Source: Felis catus (lineage: Eukaryota). Taken from it: a stretch of DNA of 64,000 bases. The position numbers and the translations under genes were made by a program. The stretch covers positions 200,386,001 through 200,450,000 of the forward strand of contig NC_058368.1 of assembly GCF_018350175.1 (NCBI RefSeq). The letters run 5' to 3'. Shown here piece by piece: positions 23,824-37,145 of this stretch; position 1 is the first letter of the stretch, and every line of letters begins with the position of its first letter. The notes under the pieces are model-generated. The model was not told where the DNA came from. It made no database searches and saw only the letters and a list, made by a program, of their open reading frames with translations.

Positions 23824-25649
23824 AGGGTTTCTTTTTTTTTTTTTTTTTTTTAAAGTAACACCATGTGTACTTGAGTAGACTTAGCTATAGATATTGTTCC
23901 TCAGAAAGTGCTAATTTTCTTCAAGTTAATTCATGTTAATTTTCTTCAAGTTTTCTTCTGGAGTAAAAACACTAAGATAGGCCAGGCCTTAGCATAGCCC
24001 TATGACCTCTGGTCATTGTTTTCACCCTGGCCAGTGACAGCAGAGGAAGACAATCATAATGGTGATAATAACTTTAGGGTCTAACTTAGCCCTTAATTTG
24101 TCCATTTCCCAAACATGAAGTCATTTATGGACAAGAGTTTATGTCATATCCTCCATCTACCTAGGTGTTGTAAATGATATCCATTATGGTTTGTGTGGCC
24201 ATAATTATCTAACAGTAGTTACTAATCCATGGAATTACCTCATCTCCTGCACTAGGGAGAAAGAACAGGCAAAAGTGTCTCTTGGAGAAACTAAAGTAGC
24301 TAGCATTACTACAGCAATTATTGAGCGCTAACGTGCGTTATCCAGGTTTGAAATAGTTAAAATTGTCTTTCATAAAGTAATGTGTTCTTCCGCTATTAAG
24401 TCATTTTGTTATTACATGTGTTCCAATCTTAGAGAAGGAAGAGCCTGACAGCCCTGGTGGTGTGAGGTCCAAAGTAGGATCCTGTTACTAAATTCCTTTT
24501 AGAAGCCTAGAATTTCTTCAAGAAAATGAATGTCTTATGCTTCTGTATCTTAATGCATCAAAGGGGCATGTAATTTGTGTAAAACATCTATGAACATGGC
24601 AGTGTATCAGAGTTCCACAGAAAAAAATCCTTCTAGTGGGGATATACAGGGTCCAAGATCCTAAGAAAAAATAACAATGGCAACTTTATACTCATTTTCT
24701 AGGCTACATATTCAGATTGTCTGGTGTGAAACAGCATTCAGCACCATACTTAAAGCTCATGCCAAGCAGAGTAACTAATCTCAGCATAGTGGTGACAGCT
24801 GCAAGCCTTATGGCTTCTTACTGTAGGTTCACTGGGAAATGACACCTAATAATGCTGCCCAGGTTCATACTGATTCAGAGAATCTGCTTTCCTACATCTT
24901 CAAGTCACAGATTTTCTAAATTTTTTTAGAAATGGTGTTCATTTATATTACTAATAATTCATCTTGGTACAAATAATTGTGCTTCTCTTTCTACTGCTCA
25001 CTCTCTTGTAAAAGGCTGTCTGCTTGTTTATCATTAAAGAGGTAAGACTGGTTTAGATGCATATGTGAAAATGATTACATGCAAACCATTCTGAATTAGA
25101 ATATATTTAACATATCCCCCAGAGAATAATACTACCTAAAGCACAGGTTTATTTAATATTATGCATAAAAAACAGGTTTAGACTATGATATATGTGAACA
25201 GATTCAAGTAATTTTATTTTAATGATTATTTGCGCAATGTTTACAAATAACAATGATGCCATCATTTATTTCTTACATCATCCCTGCTGTAATGATTCAT
25301 TTATATCTTTAAAGACATTCAAAATATAGGAGGAGGTTATTCTTTTTACCAGGCATAGACTTAGAATTCGTTTGCTGGCTGCCTTAAATCATAAGATACC
25401 TTTGTAATTTGAAGAAAAGGAAATATTTATAAATACATTTTACTTCACAATCCAAAGAAGTGGATAATGACACACACAAAAACACACAGAACTACACTAT
25501 AATGTCACAGTAACATTCATATTATTTCATAGTTAATTCATATCTTAACATTTTTCTATAGGACTGCAGGGATTAGGTAAAGGGGTTGCACTTGACTTAT
25601 TATGACTGCTGTCCCAAGACTGAATTCTGCTCCTATTGGAATCTCTCTC

Positions 25650-25860
25650 TTTTTTTTAAATTTTATTCATTTTTGAGACATAAAGAGAGTGCAAGCCAGA
25701 GTGGAGCAGAGAGAGAGAAGGAGGGAGAAAGAGATACCAAGCAGGCTCCTCATGGTTAGTGCAGAACCTACATGGGGCTCGATCTCGTAAATCATGAGAT
25801 CATTACCTGAGCCAAAATCAAGAGTTGAAAGCTTACCTGACTGAACTACCCAAGGGCCCC
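25650..25860 (-). mobile_element. Older Can-SINE
   Basis: Poly-T, GA-rich segment, CAAGCAGGCTCC, CCTGAGCCAAAATCAAGAGT. Confidence 0.88.
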
Positions 25861-26044
25861 TGCAATATCATTCTTAATTTCACCTCTCAACAAGATTCTT
25901 CCTAATTTACTCCTTTTCTATCTGTTACTTAAACAATTCTACTAATTTGCCTGCTTGTCAGTGACCATAGGTTCCATACCTACCTGTGATCCACAACATT
26001 TAAAGAGAGTATTTTTTTAAAAATCAGTTTATTTGACAATTTAT

Positions 26045-26221
26045 AGATTTTTCAACTCAGAGGCCACATTAGAATTATTTGGTGAAATTACAAATAACAT
26101 TAATGTTTTGACCCAACACCAGACCAATTAAATCAGAATCTCTGGGGCTATTGTCCATTGATTGGTATTTTTAGACATCTCCCTCAAGTTGTTCTAAATT
26201 AAAGAAGGTTGAGAACAATTG
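26045..26221. mobile_element. MER5 (MER5B-like) DNA transposon
   Basis: CACATTAGAATT..CCAGACCAATTAAATCAGAATCTCTGGGG..GGTTGAGAAC. Confidence 0.75.
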
Positions 26222-27919
26222 TGTAGTAGCAGAAAACACCAAGATACATTGAAGAACTGTAGGAGCTCAATATTTGCTGATTTATTAATCCAGAAAAGAG
26301 CACAGTGAAGGGGGATAAAGTGGTTTTGATGCAAAACAACTGGAAATTTATCCTGTATGGTAATTGCCAACCACTGAAAGATTTCTAAGCCAGAAATTGA
26401 TATCAAGTTTCAGTTTAAGAATGGTTATTTTCAGAGATGTAAGGACTCTTAACCTGCACTCAATGGCTCAACTCAACATTCTGTGTATGGGCTTCAAATT
26501 AAAAGTACAATTTCTGAAACGTTTGCATAGATAGGCCACATACAGTTTCCTTGGAAAATTATTTAGTTTTCACCTTCTCAAAGTAATATAGCTTAATTAT
26601 ATTCTCCAAAGAATAACTTAAATTTGTTTAGAAATTATTAATTTTACTGGACGGCTAGGGGACTAGATGTAGAAAAACAAACTACAACTACTGCACTTCT
26701 GCATAGATTTGATTCATCTATTTCTGTAGATAACTTATCAGGGAAGATTGTTTCAGAATCTTAAATTTTAATATCTATTGTTTGTTATTATCATTGTATT
26801 TAAATAAACTTTTGGGATAGAAACACAACTGGGACATTTATTTGATCAAGTAATAGGAGGTCCAAAGGTAGGTTGGGTTTAAGGATTAGTTTATCTAGTA
26901 ATCCAATAAATTCATCAGTACCCAGATAGTTTCTGTCTGTCCTGTCATCTCCTGTGTCAATCTACGATACTATTGAATCCACTGAATGGCTGGTAGTAAC
27001 AATTGTGGACATTAGGCTCTCTTGTTTCTGAGAAAGGGAGAGTTGACTTCTTCTCTCAGAAGTTCCCAGTTTTATTGACCACAATCAGGCCAAACGCTCA
27101 TGTCGTAAACATTAAAAACTCTGTAGCAAGGCACATCAGAACAGTGAGTGAATTGATGTAACCAGGACTTATCTTTTGTAACTCCTAATGGGCCAGCTTC
27201 GGTAAAGGCATGTGGACATGTAGAAATAAATTAAATTCCTAAGAAAAATTAAAATTTGTGAAGAAGGGAGAGAAGATATTATATACTGATTAACAATAAT
27301 ATTTACCTCAACTATTTTTTTAACAGAGTATGTATTAGTGCTTTTAATTTCTGTAATTATTACAATATCATACTTAAAGGCATGCTTTTCCAAAACTAAA
27401 ATCTGTGGGTTAATTTCACAAGTCTGCTATGGACATATTTATTGAAGTAACTTGGTAAAATTTTCATAATACTAAATTTAATTTCAAGATCTACACTTTT
27501 CTCAATAGCTGTTCAAGTTTTAGTATCACAACATTTTCCTTTATAGAAATAATAATAGTTAGCAGATAAAAAATGTACTTGGCAAAGTTAAATTTGGTAA
27601 TGATACAGAAATTCTCTTGTTATAATTATTATTATAACTGGATTTAATTTTTAAATATTATTTATCACAATATTTAAGGTTTAATCACAAAAATTTTAAA
27701 TGATAAATACTTTTGTGTTCCACTGGGCAAAATTTGGGTCTCAAATGTAATTAAGTGAATAATAATGATAGCTAAGACTCTGAATTCTTGAATGCTTCCT
27801 CTTTGCCTGGCATAATTCTAAGTCTTATATGTGGCATGGACCTCTGGACATCAGTGGTATATATTTTATCAAATGTTTGAGTGAGTGATAATCTATTTAA
27901 AGGTAGTGAGGTCAACCTT

Positions 27920-28310
27920 AGCAGAGAGGCAGTAAGTACATGGTTAGGAATGTAAACTTTCTGTAGCTACACTTGTGGTGAGCATAGCATAATGTATGGA
28001 TTTGTGAAATCACTATGTTGCACAAGTAAAACTAATGTAACATTGTGAGTCAATTATACTTCAATGAAAATAAAATAAAGAATGTAAACTATCTTGATCA
28101 AAATCTTGTCACCACCACTCACTAGCCATGTGAACATTAGCAATTATTAAATATTATCTATGCTTCACTTTTTTCTCATATATAATAGAGACAAAATTAA
28201 TAATTCCCCTAACACAGCTATTGTGAAGGTTAACTGACTTAGTAAATGTAAAACACTTCAAAGGGAATCTGACAGATTATACTGAAAGCATTATAAATAC
28301 ATTAACTATT
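27920..28310 (+). mobile_element. MIR interrupted by an L1 3' end
   Basis: GAGGCAGT..TGGTTAGGA; CACCACTCACTAGCCATGTGA; CTATTGTGAAGGTTAA..ATGTAAAACACTT. Confidence 0.7.
27961..28077 (+). mobile_element. Short carnivore L1 3' end
   Basis: TACACTTGTGGTGAGCATAGCATAATGTAT...AAACTAATGTAACATTGTG; TSD A(G/A)GAATGTAAACT on both sides. Confidence 0.8.
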
Positions 28311-28800
28311 GTCTAAGTCAGTGTTCAATCAGGGAAATAGACACTGCTCTACATGTTTCATACAGAGAATATTTAATACAGGAATTGATTGTACTGGTGA
28401 TGACAGAGCCAAGAAGCCACGGATGGAACAGTGAGGCAACAGAGATAAGGAAGAGCAGAAAGCTACTGTCACATCAAGACTATTTGAAGGGATGTAGATA
28501 GGAGGGAAGGTTAAGGGTATTCAGAGATAAGTCTCTCAGGAGAAATTATAACTAGACAGGAAACTCTGGTGGAAGCTGAAGTTCTGGAAGCGATATGATT
28601 GCAACTGGAGTGGCTGTCCAAAGTAGGAGGTGAACTGTTTTAGCTTCTCCTTTTCTCCTAATCTCCAGTTTTCAACCCAGGTGTCTCCTGAGCTACACCT
28701 AGCTAGGGGGCCTAGAGAGCCTGCAGAGGCTAACCCTCCCACCATACAGAGCAGAGCAATTAAAGGGTAAAGAATAGATCTGTGACCAAACTGGGCCATT
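28310..28800 (-). mobile_element. ERV-L LTR (LTR41/LTR50-like)
   Basis: Begins TGTCTAAGTCAGTGTTCAATCAGGGAAATAGAC..TTTAATACAGGAATTG; ACAGAGCAGAGCA..AAGGG..GAATAGATCTG near end. Confidence 0.55.
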
Positions 28801-29170
28801 GCTGGCATAGATAACAGTTATTACCTCTTTAGGTGGAAGGTGTCTTGGGAAAATTATAACCCTACCTGTGGACTGTTTTGTGTGATGAAAAGATAAATAA
28901 AATATTCATGTTTATCAGTTTAGACAATTTTACATGCAAGATCTTTTTTCCTTTATATTGCCTTAAAGTTATTTTTTCCCCTCAAAATTCATTCTTAGCT
29001 GTTATCTCATTCAAACATGAGGTAAAATAAAGGGCTATAGTATATTCACTTTGCCAATGAAGGAGTTGAGTGTCCAAATTTATAATTCGATCTATTATTT
29101 AAATATTCCTAGGGAAAACCAGATGTATTCCTCTCATCTCTATAAACTGAAGTCCATTTGTCCTAATAAA

Positions 29171-29246
29171 ATCTATCTCTCCATCCATCTATCATCTATC
29201 TATCTACCTACCTACCTACCTACCTACCTACCTACCTACCTACCTA
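29171..29246 (+). repeat. (CTAT/CCAT)n(CTAC)n microsatellite
   Basis: Direct tandem tetranucleotides. Confidence 0.93.
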
Positions 29247-32200
29247 TTGACATTGTCTATGCAGCTGCAGTTTTTAAGAAGTCTGGTAATATAATTTTGC
29301 AAAATAATGTTTTTGTTTTTGTTTTGTTTTGTTTTCATATTAATATATGAGTAAACAATGGATTCCCTAAATATTGGGTTGCATCATTTTTGTGTTTTTG
29401 TTTTTCAAATTCAAGTACTTTATCTTCAAATAGCCAATTTTTTAACCTATCAAATTCTGCTGCGGTATTTTGTTTGATTTCTTAGCAACATGGCCCTTTA
29501 TGTTAGAAACATTTTCACAGAATGGAAGATTTGGTAAATCATTTTTACAATCTAGTGTAGTATTTTAATGGTATCCAAATAACAGACTAGGAAATGTAAC
29601 TTTTTCTGACACAACGCCAGTTTATCTACCTTCAATTTTTTTCCATTAGCTTTTCAATCATAGGGGTTGAATAATAAGGCCCCAAGCCATGGTATCATTT
29701 TTCAGTATAGCAGAAGGTTAGGATTTAACCTTTTATGGCATTTTGATCTCTTCTGAAAGTAGATAATGACCTCTGCAAATTTGAAGTCATCAGCGTTTTG
29801 AATATGAATTTTTCTACCCAATCAGCCTCCACCTGTGAGAATGCAAGGCTTTCAGTATTCATTCCAAGGTTCCTTTCTTATGTAAATCAGCTCAGCATAT
29901 TTAAGACACACTTTAGGTTTCAGATTCTTCAAACATTATCTTAACTAATTTCTCAATTATCACATAGCTGTACCAATTCTAGGTTTGTTTCAAAGTCAGA
30001 AGAGGAAATGTTCCTCCCATTTAATGTGACACATTTATGGGTGTCCCATACCAGGCTTGCTTGGGCACCAACTATCAGCGTTTGATGAAATGGTTTATAC
30101 ACAAAATGTCACACAACATCATACAGTAACTTTTTCATTCTCAGGAGGCATAAGATGTTCAGAAAATAGGAGTCAAGAAGGCTTTAAGTAATAGCCATCC
30201 TGTTGACGTTCATGCTTTATCACTGAATTGCCCTTATTAGGTCGGCTTTGGTCTTCTTTTAATTTTTTTTTCCTGAGGCACAGATTCTCTTGTGGTAGAT
30301 TCTATTTTTAGTTTTCCTGCATCCTTCTTTCCAATTAACTCTAGGCCAGTGTCACTATCATGAACAGAGTTAGCTTACTTCGTCTGTGAAAGTCCATACA
30401 ATTACATATACCAGGAAATACAAAATCTTAGATGAGGGAAGAAATTGTAAAGTAGATAAATCAATGCCAAACACATTGTATGCACTACGTAAGTGCTTGT
30501 TATTAAGTGATTACATGCATAAATGAATGAATTAATGAGTAAATTGTTTGAACTCCATCCCAGATTTACTTGAATCTTCAACCCTCGAACCAACAAATAA
30601 TCATAATAATACAAAATAATTATTCATATATTTTCTATTACAATAAAATTTCTTTTCCGTAGAAAACTGATCCACTTTAAATTTGATACATAATTAAAAG
30701 CTCCAGGCTTTCTCCCACCCAAAGGGTTTTTGACATCTGCAACTCTCCTGGGATGGAATTTAATGCTGGCCCACATGGTTATCCCAGTGTTGCAGTTTCA
30801 ACCTAGAAGCTGGGTATTTCCAGACCTAGCCCACCATCTATAGTTAATAGGTCCTATTATTCATCAATATGTCTGATTAACCAACTACACTATAACTGCT
30901 TTAGATGAGAGAACTGCATGTTATTTTTATCTTCATTATAAATATGCACATGATTTGTACACAGCTTGTATTAATAGCTAATAAAATGCCTTTCTTATTA
31001 TACAGATGAAACAAAGAATGAACCCTCTTCATATTTTAAATCTTCATCTTCTGTGAAAAAAACTAACATTAATAGAATATTTGGACTAAACCTATAGACA
31101 ATGAAATGATCATTTAATAAATAATGAAAGTGTTTTCTAAAGTTCTATTTTATGCTTACATATTTAAATTCTCAATTATGATACTTGATAATAACAATGT
31201 ACTCAAATCCTTATAGAAATTTACACAGAGTTCCACAAAAATATATATTAATTTTAAGTATCTTTAATTATCTATAAAGTAAAATTTTTACATATAATTT
31301 ATGTAACACTTTATGTGTAATTAAAACTTTTAAAAAATACATGATAAAAATTAGAAATAGAAGAAAACTGAATACATTTTAAAATTTAGTGATAAAATAA
31401 TTTCTATTTAAAGGTGCTAATCATCTTCCATGCATGTCTCAATAGAGGATGTTTTCTGAGTTTTTATGATGGATTCCACTTCAGTTTCTGTTTGAAAGAA
31501 AAAATGGAAATATTCTGAGCTTTCAGGAAGTAAAAAAAGAGTTTAAGCTCATAAAAAAAAAAAAAGACTTTGTGGCCCTGCTTAATGTTCATGTCATCAG
31601 TTAAATTAGATGTGACAAGACCAGTAAGTCTGGAGATTTTCACCACTAGTGTGATTGCCTTGAAGTATTTTGTCTCCTTAGAATCTCTTTGGCTCCATTT
31701 CCCAAGGAAGTTGACTCTATGTTAATCCTGTTGACTCTTTCACAGTGGTTTTAAATAGTCTGTGACCAGCCCTAGGGAAGAGAATGCTTCTCTGAAGACT
31801 GCTAGCCCACTTAGCCACCCAGTCATCATCCTTCTCCTAGGAAAGAATGCTAATTACAACAAGAGATTGCTTGTATCTTAACACAGCGGTGAGAGTTGAA
31901 AGAGTCAATTACTTATTTAGGGATTGTGTATGAGGTTAAAGAGTATGCCCTCTCAAAGGTCTTTAAACTGAGAATTGCCACATTCAAAGAAGAAATGTCT
32001 TAAAATGGTGATGAAGCAAGGCAAAATATTTTCATCACTCATAACACAATCATACTTTATAAGCAAGCTGGTGTTTGGTTGACTTATGGGGATCTGGAAT
32101 CTTTATCATAATATGTAGGACACTTGGAATTTAATTGGTTGACCTTAAAATTTTTTTTATTATTTTTATCACTTTATAAGTAACATTTAAATAACCTACT

Positions 32201-34231
32201 ATTGAATTGCATACAGGTCAAGATTTTAAACTTTACCCTGCTTTTTCTTCAATGATGAAAATACTGGTATTTGTTTTATGTACTCTTTAGTATTTATATA
32301 ACGTTTAAGGTAAATGTTTTATTTATAGCAAAAACCTATTTAAATCTTCCAAAGCAAGATCATTGAAGAAAATGAACATTTTAAGTGAATAATTTTTAAA
32401 TAAATTACTATTAAGAAGAAAACATGTACTATTAATAACCCAGATCAGAACTTTAGAGGATGAATAACAATAGACCAAAATGTAGTAGGAAAGCATTTCT
32501 TATAAAATGTTTCTTGAGAGATATTCAGCTAGCAGAAAAAATACACACTTTCAACAATACTCTTAGATTACTTAATATTAAAAAAGTTTGATTTTTATAT
32601 TACTATATTCATGATTCAATTATCTGATTTATCTAGTTGTGCCTCCAGTATGAATGTCAAATAATTATTAAGATAAAATTATTACTATGCAAAACACTAA
32701 CCAGTATTTATAAAGCTTTCATCAGTTTTACACATCATTGGTAGAACCTCTGGTTTCTAACAAATTTCTACTCAAGATGATTATGTTTCTTATCTTTAAT
32801 TGTTATCCTTTTTAAACTAATAAAACTGAAAATAATTCTCATGGGATATATTCATAAAAGGTCTTTTATTAAATAGTAAGAATAGCAACTTAGACTAAAC
32901 TATTTGTAGGGAAAAGCTGATACTCCTTCCCAAGAGCTAGTTTTAAGCAACAGAGCAATTTGAGATACTGTTGGTACATTCCAGAACTCCCCTTGGTCTT
33001 AATTAGAACAATTGAAAGAAACTGTTAATTTTGATCAGCTGGTGAAAAGCCCTGCTGTTGCAGTCAGTCATTTCTATGGAGTTCAACTTTCAAGTTCATA
33101 AGCAAAAGGGGTAGATTAAAGGATTTTTCCTCCCAGTAAATCATTAGCACAAATGCATCATTTCAAAATTAATACTTTAAGATTGAGCTGTATTTTAAGG
33201 TTATAGAGTTGCTAGTTTAAAATGTGACACACAATGTATAAGTAATTCATTTCACAGTGGGTTGTATATTTTTAGTTTCCATATTTAGAGCTAAATAGAA
33301 TATTTTAATTTGTGGAAAATCCATCTTTTGGGAGCATATGCTGGTATTCATACTATATATCTACATGATAATCAAAAATAGTTTTGGGGAAAAAGTAATG
33401 TAAGGAGGCCACACAATATGTTAGAAGGGGCTGCAGTGAAGGGGAAAAATAAGGTAGGAATGTGGTGAGTGAGATGCCTTCAGCAACTTTTATTTGTAAC
33501 AACAACAAAACAAAAACAAAAACAAAAACAAACCATGGGACTTTGAGAGGGAAAGCAAGACAAGACATCACACTTACCCCGACCAAAAAATGGCAAAGCA
33601 AGATTTCTCATCAATTGCCATAGCAACAGAGAGGGTGTGAGTATGCTTACCTGAGTGATCTGGCATTGATGATAGTCATACTCAGTTGCTGGCATTGTTG
33701 TTGATTTGCTTTTCCTTTCTATATAGATGTCGATTATTATTGCCGTTCCGTTGCTCTCCAGGTGTGTGCACTTGATGGTACATGCTGGGTGCTCTGTTGG
33801 GATTGAGGAAGACAACCTTGGAGCTTCTGCATATATTTGTTTTCTTTCTCTCATGTTTTCCTGTATGATTTGTAATGTGCATATCGTATTAATACAGTAG
33901 TCCATGTATATCTACACACATTAAATAGGTGAATATAATGGTGTGCAATTAAAACAGTTTAGAGGCTACCTATACAATGATTGTTTCAATTATGATCAAA
34001 GTCCCTTCAAGCCTAACTTTATATTATTCTAAGTATGTGATTGTATGAATGTGTATATTTGCACTTGGATTAAGTACTTAAATAATTTTATATTTGCATC
34101 ATATGGAGGGAAAGTTTTCTATTATCTACTCAGTATCAATTAAATACAAGTATCTACCCACACACCTCCATTATCTTGCTGGTAATTTGGATGCATACCA
34201 CGTTTCACTTTTGAATACCATGATAATTGTG

Positions 34232-34413
34232 TTTTTTAAGTTTATTTATTTTTGAGAGAGAGAAAGCGTGAGTGGGAAAGGGGCAGAGAGAGAAGGAGAG
34301 AGAGAATCCCAAGCAAGTCTGCACTAACAGCAGGGCTCACATTCCCAAACCTTGACCTAAGCCAAAAGAAATCAAGAGTCGGATGCTTACCAGAATGAGC
34401 CACCCAGGAGCCC
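34232..34413 (-). mobile_element. Can-SINE with internal deletion
   Basis: TTTATTTATTTTTGAGAGAG..GAATCCCAAGCA..GAGCCACCCAGGAGCCC. Confidence 0.88.
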
Positions 34414-34970
34414 TCACCATAATTGTTTAATCTATACTGAGAAGAAATGTTTCCTAAGGGGTTGCAGACATAGCTTCATTTGCATACATAGTTCAGAAAC
34501 TGCAGGGTGTTAGGATAGTTGTCAAACACCCATTTGTATCTCCATAGGCATCCGTTAGTGGTAGTAAGGAAAGAAGAGCTAACATAAAAAGCAGCAGCAG
34601 AATTCACCAGGTTATAGAGGCTGAGAGGAACCAGAGGCTAGATACCAAAAGAAAGCATACAATGCTACTCAACCTTAATTGGCAAGGTGCTCAGCAGTGG
34701 GTGGTCTCAAGGATGGTGCTGGTGGAAGCCAGCCTAAACATGACCTCAATTATTATACGTTTGTTTTGTTCTTCAGTCAGACTAATACAGGTACCAATAA
34801 ACTATCTCCTCTCTTTTCCTCAGACAGAGTCTTATGAGAAAATAGGCTTTTGTGTAGTATATTAACGAGAACTTTCTTGAATGGTCAGTTCATAGCTTCT
34901 CTGTTTGCTCTTAGGAGAGTAGCCACTAAGGTATATGTGCCTACTTTTGCTTTCTAGTGGATAGAAGAGG

Positions 34971-35355
34971 GTGGTTCTTAAACCAAGCAAGAAGATCAGC
35001 TGGGGAAAGATTTTAAAGATGCTAGAGCCTAGGGTTGCCTAGGTGGCTCAGTTGGTTAACCTTCTGACTCTCGATCTCAGCTCAGGTTATGATCTCACAG
35101 TTCAGGAGATCGAGCCCTGAGTCAGGCTCTGCACAGTGAGGAGCCTGCTTGGGATTCTATCTCTCTCCTTCTGTCTGTGCCACTCCCCTGCTCTCATATG
35201 TGCATGCACTCTCTTTTTCTAAAAAAAATAATTAAAAAAAGAAATAAAAATAAAAACAATGCTGAAACCTAAGCCATGTAACCTAATTCTGAGGTCTCTA
35301 GTGGAGCCAAGGATTCTGCCTTTCGGAAAAGCAACCCAGGGGATTCTGATGCAGT
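34971..35355. mobile_element. MER5A-like DNA transposon interrupted by a SINE
   Basis: GTGGTTCTTAAAC...ATTCTG..CCCAGGGGATTCTGATGCAG. Confidence 0.55.
35031..35256 (+). mobile_element. Can-SINE
   Basis: GCCTAGGTGGCTCAGTTGGTTAA head, GAGCCTGCTTGGGATTCT, A tail. Confidence 0.9.
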
Positions 35356-35360
35356 TGTTT

Positions 35361-35549
35361 AAATGTTTTATTCATTTTTGAGAAAGAGAGTGTAAGCGGG
35401 GGAGGGGCAGAGAGAGAAGGGCGACAAAGGGTCCAAAGTGGGCTCTGCACTGACAGCCGAGAGCCAGATGTGGGGCTCCAACTCAGGAACCAAGAGATCA
35501 TGACCTGAGACGAAGTCAGATCTCAACCGACTGAGCCACCCAGGTGCCC
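35361..35549 (-). mobile_element. Can-SINE
   Basis: TSD TCTGATGCAGTT(G/A)TTT (from 35345 and 35550). Confidence 0.92.
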
Positions 35550-35584
35550 TCTGATGCAGTTATTTAAAAGAACTACAAAAATAG

Positions 35585-36350
35585 TCGTACTTAATCTCTT
35601 GCTCAAAAGCTTAAGCATGAGATGTATTTTGTAATTATGAAATTTTTGAGTTTTAGAAAGGTAATATAGTATATATGCCATGTCTTGCATAATACACCCA
35701 GCAGGTCCTGGGGGAGCACACCAGTATCAGTCACAATCCAGTCAAGACAAAAGAAATCTACCAGATATATCAGTAGAAGAAGTTTAATATATGAGATTGG
35801 CTACATAGGTGCTGGAGAGATAGAAGTACAGAAAACACTACGGGATCCAGAGAAAATAATAGCAAGAAAAGTTTATGGGAATTTCAAAGGTTAGAAAAAA
35901 GCATTTCCCAGCTGTAACTATGAGGCTGATTCTAGAGGCACCAAAAGAAGCTGGGGGCTGGAATTACCTACGGAAGGGACTCTGTAGGAACAGCAACCCA
36001 GCAGAAAGAAGCAAGTCTCTTCTCTCCTGTTCCTGCCTCCCTTTAGTGCCCCTTACTGGTAAAACAGCATGGGAAACCAGTTGGCAAAGGAAAAATGTGT
36101 TTGGAGTGTTCCAGGCCCAACTTTGCAGAGCCAAATACGGAAGGGTGGATTGGAGTGAGACAATAGCTTAACAACAAGTTAGTATGTCTATAACAAAAAT
36201 AAGGAATATTTGCTCCAACTAGGAGCAATGAATAAATGGCATAATATCTGTTCAGTTGAGGTTTTGCAGCTAAATGAGTTTGCTACAAATTTGAAAAAAA
36301 TAGAGCCGTTTTGATTTCAAAGTTATGGATAAGGCAGTATATACTTGTAC
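35585..36350. mobile_element. Tigger-family MITE (MER46C-like) split by an LTR
   Basis: TTTTAGAAAGGTAATAT..ACACCCAGCAGGTCCTGGGG (left) and GGTTTTGC..AAATGAGTT..TGGATAAGG..TGTA (right) match recalled consensus. Confidence 0.55.
35724..36180 (-). mobile_element. ERV-L LTR (LTR40/41/50 group)
   Basis: GTATCAGTCACAATCCAGTCAAGACAAAAGAAA..TTTAATAT..; GTGCCCCTTACTGG..GGCAAAGGA..GAAGGGTGGATTGGAG. Confidence 0.5.
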
Positions 36351-36907
36351 TAGTCTGTGATAGAAGGCAGCATGTTCTCTGCTTTTTCAGTCTTCTGGAA
36401 AGATTTTCCCTAAGCACACGTTTGCTCCTTTACTGACTGAACTTAGAGAAGAAAAACCGGGCACACTCAGATCATAGCTGTCCTTTTCTCCTCTTGAGTA
36501 CAAACGCCTATAGAAAGAATGAGTTTCCTTCTGCCTTTTTATGTCATAAATCAGAACCATGCTGGCCCCTTCTGTTTGGAAAGACTCTCCTAGTTTAGCT
36601 TTGTGTATAATTGGAATTTAATAGTGCAAACCCACATAACAAAGAGATCTAAAGCCACACTCAACAATCTGGCTCCTAATAGTAATAAAAGTGATAATTT
36701 TGCTTACTTTTTTACTCAGTAGGGAAGGTAGAAAACAGTGGTATGAATATTTGAGTATCTATAAGATAACTTAATTGTTCAACTTAATAATGTAAATTAC
36801 AAAGTTCATTGATGAGAGCACTTTGCATGAATTTTCTACCTCTTAATGGTATTAGCCTATACTCTCCTTTAAAATCATTGGTCTTTGGGAAATGTGGGCA
36901 ATGATGC

Positions 36908-37145
36908 TTTTTTTTTAATGTTTATTTATTTATTTTTGAGAGAGAAATAGAGACAGAGACAGAGAGAGAGGAGAGATAACTCAAATGGGGGAGGGGCAGA
37001 GAGAAAGGGAGATACATAATCTGAAGCAGGCTCCAGGCTCTGAACCATCAGCACAGAGCCTGATACAAGGACCTAACCCACCACCTGTGTGATCATGACC
37101 TGATCTGAAGTTGGACGCTTAACCAACTGAACCACTCGGGCCTCC
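36908..37145 (-). mobile_element. Can-SINE
   Basis: TSD CAA(T/C)GATGCT; typical body. Confidence 0.92.
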
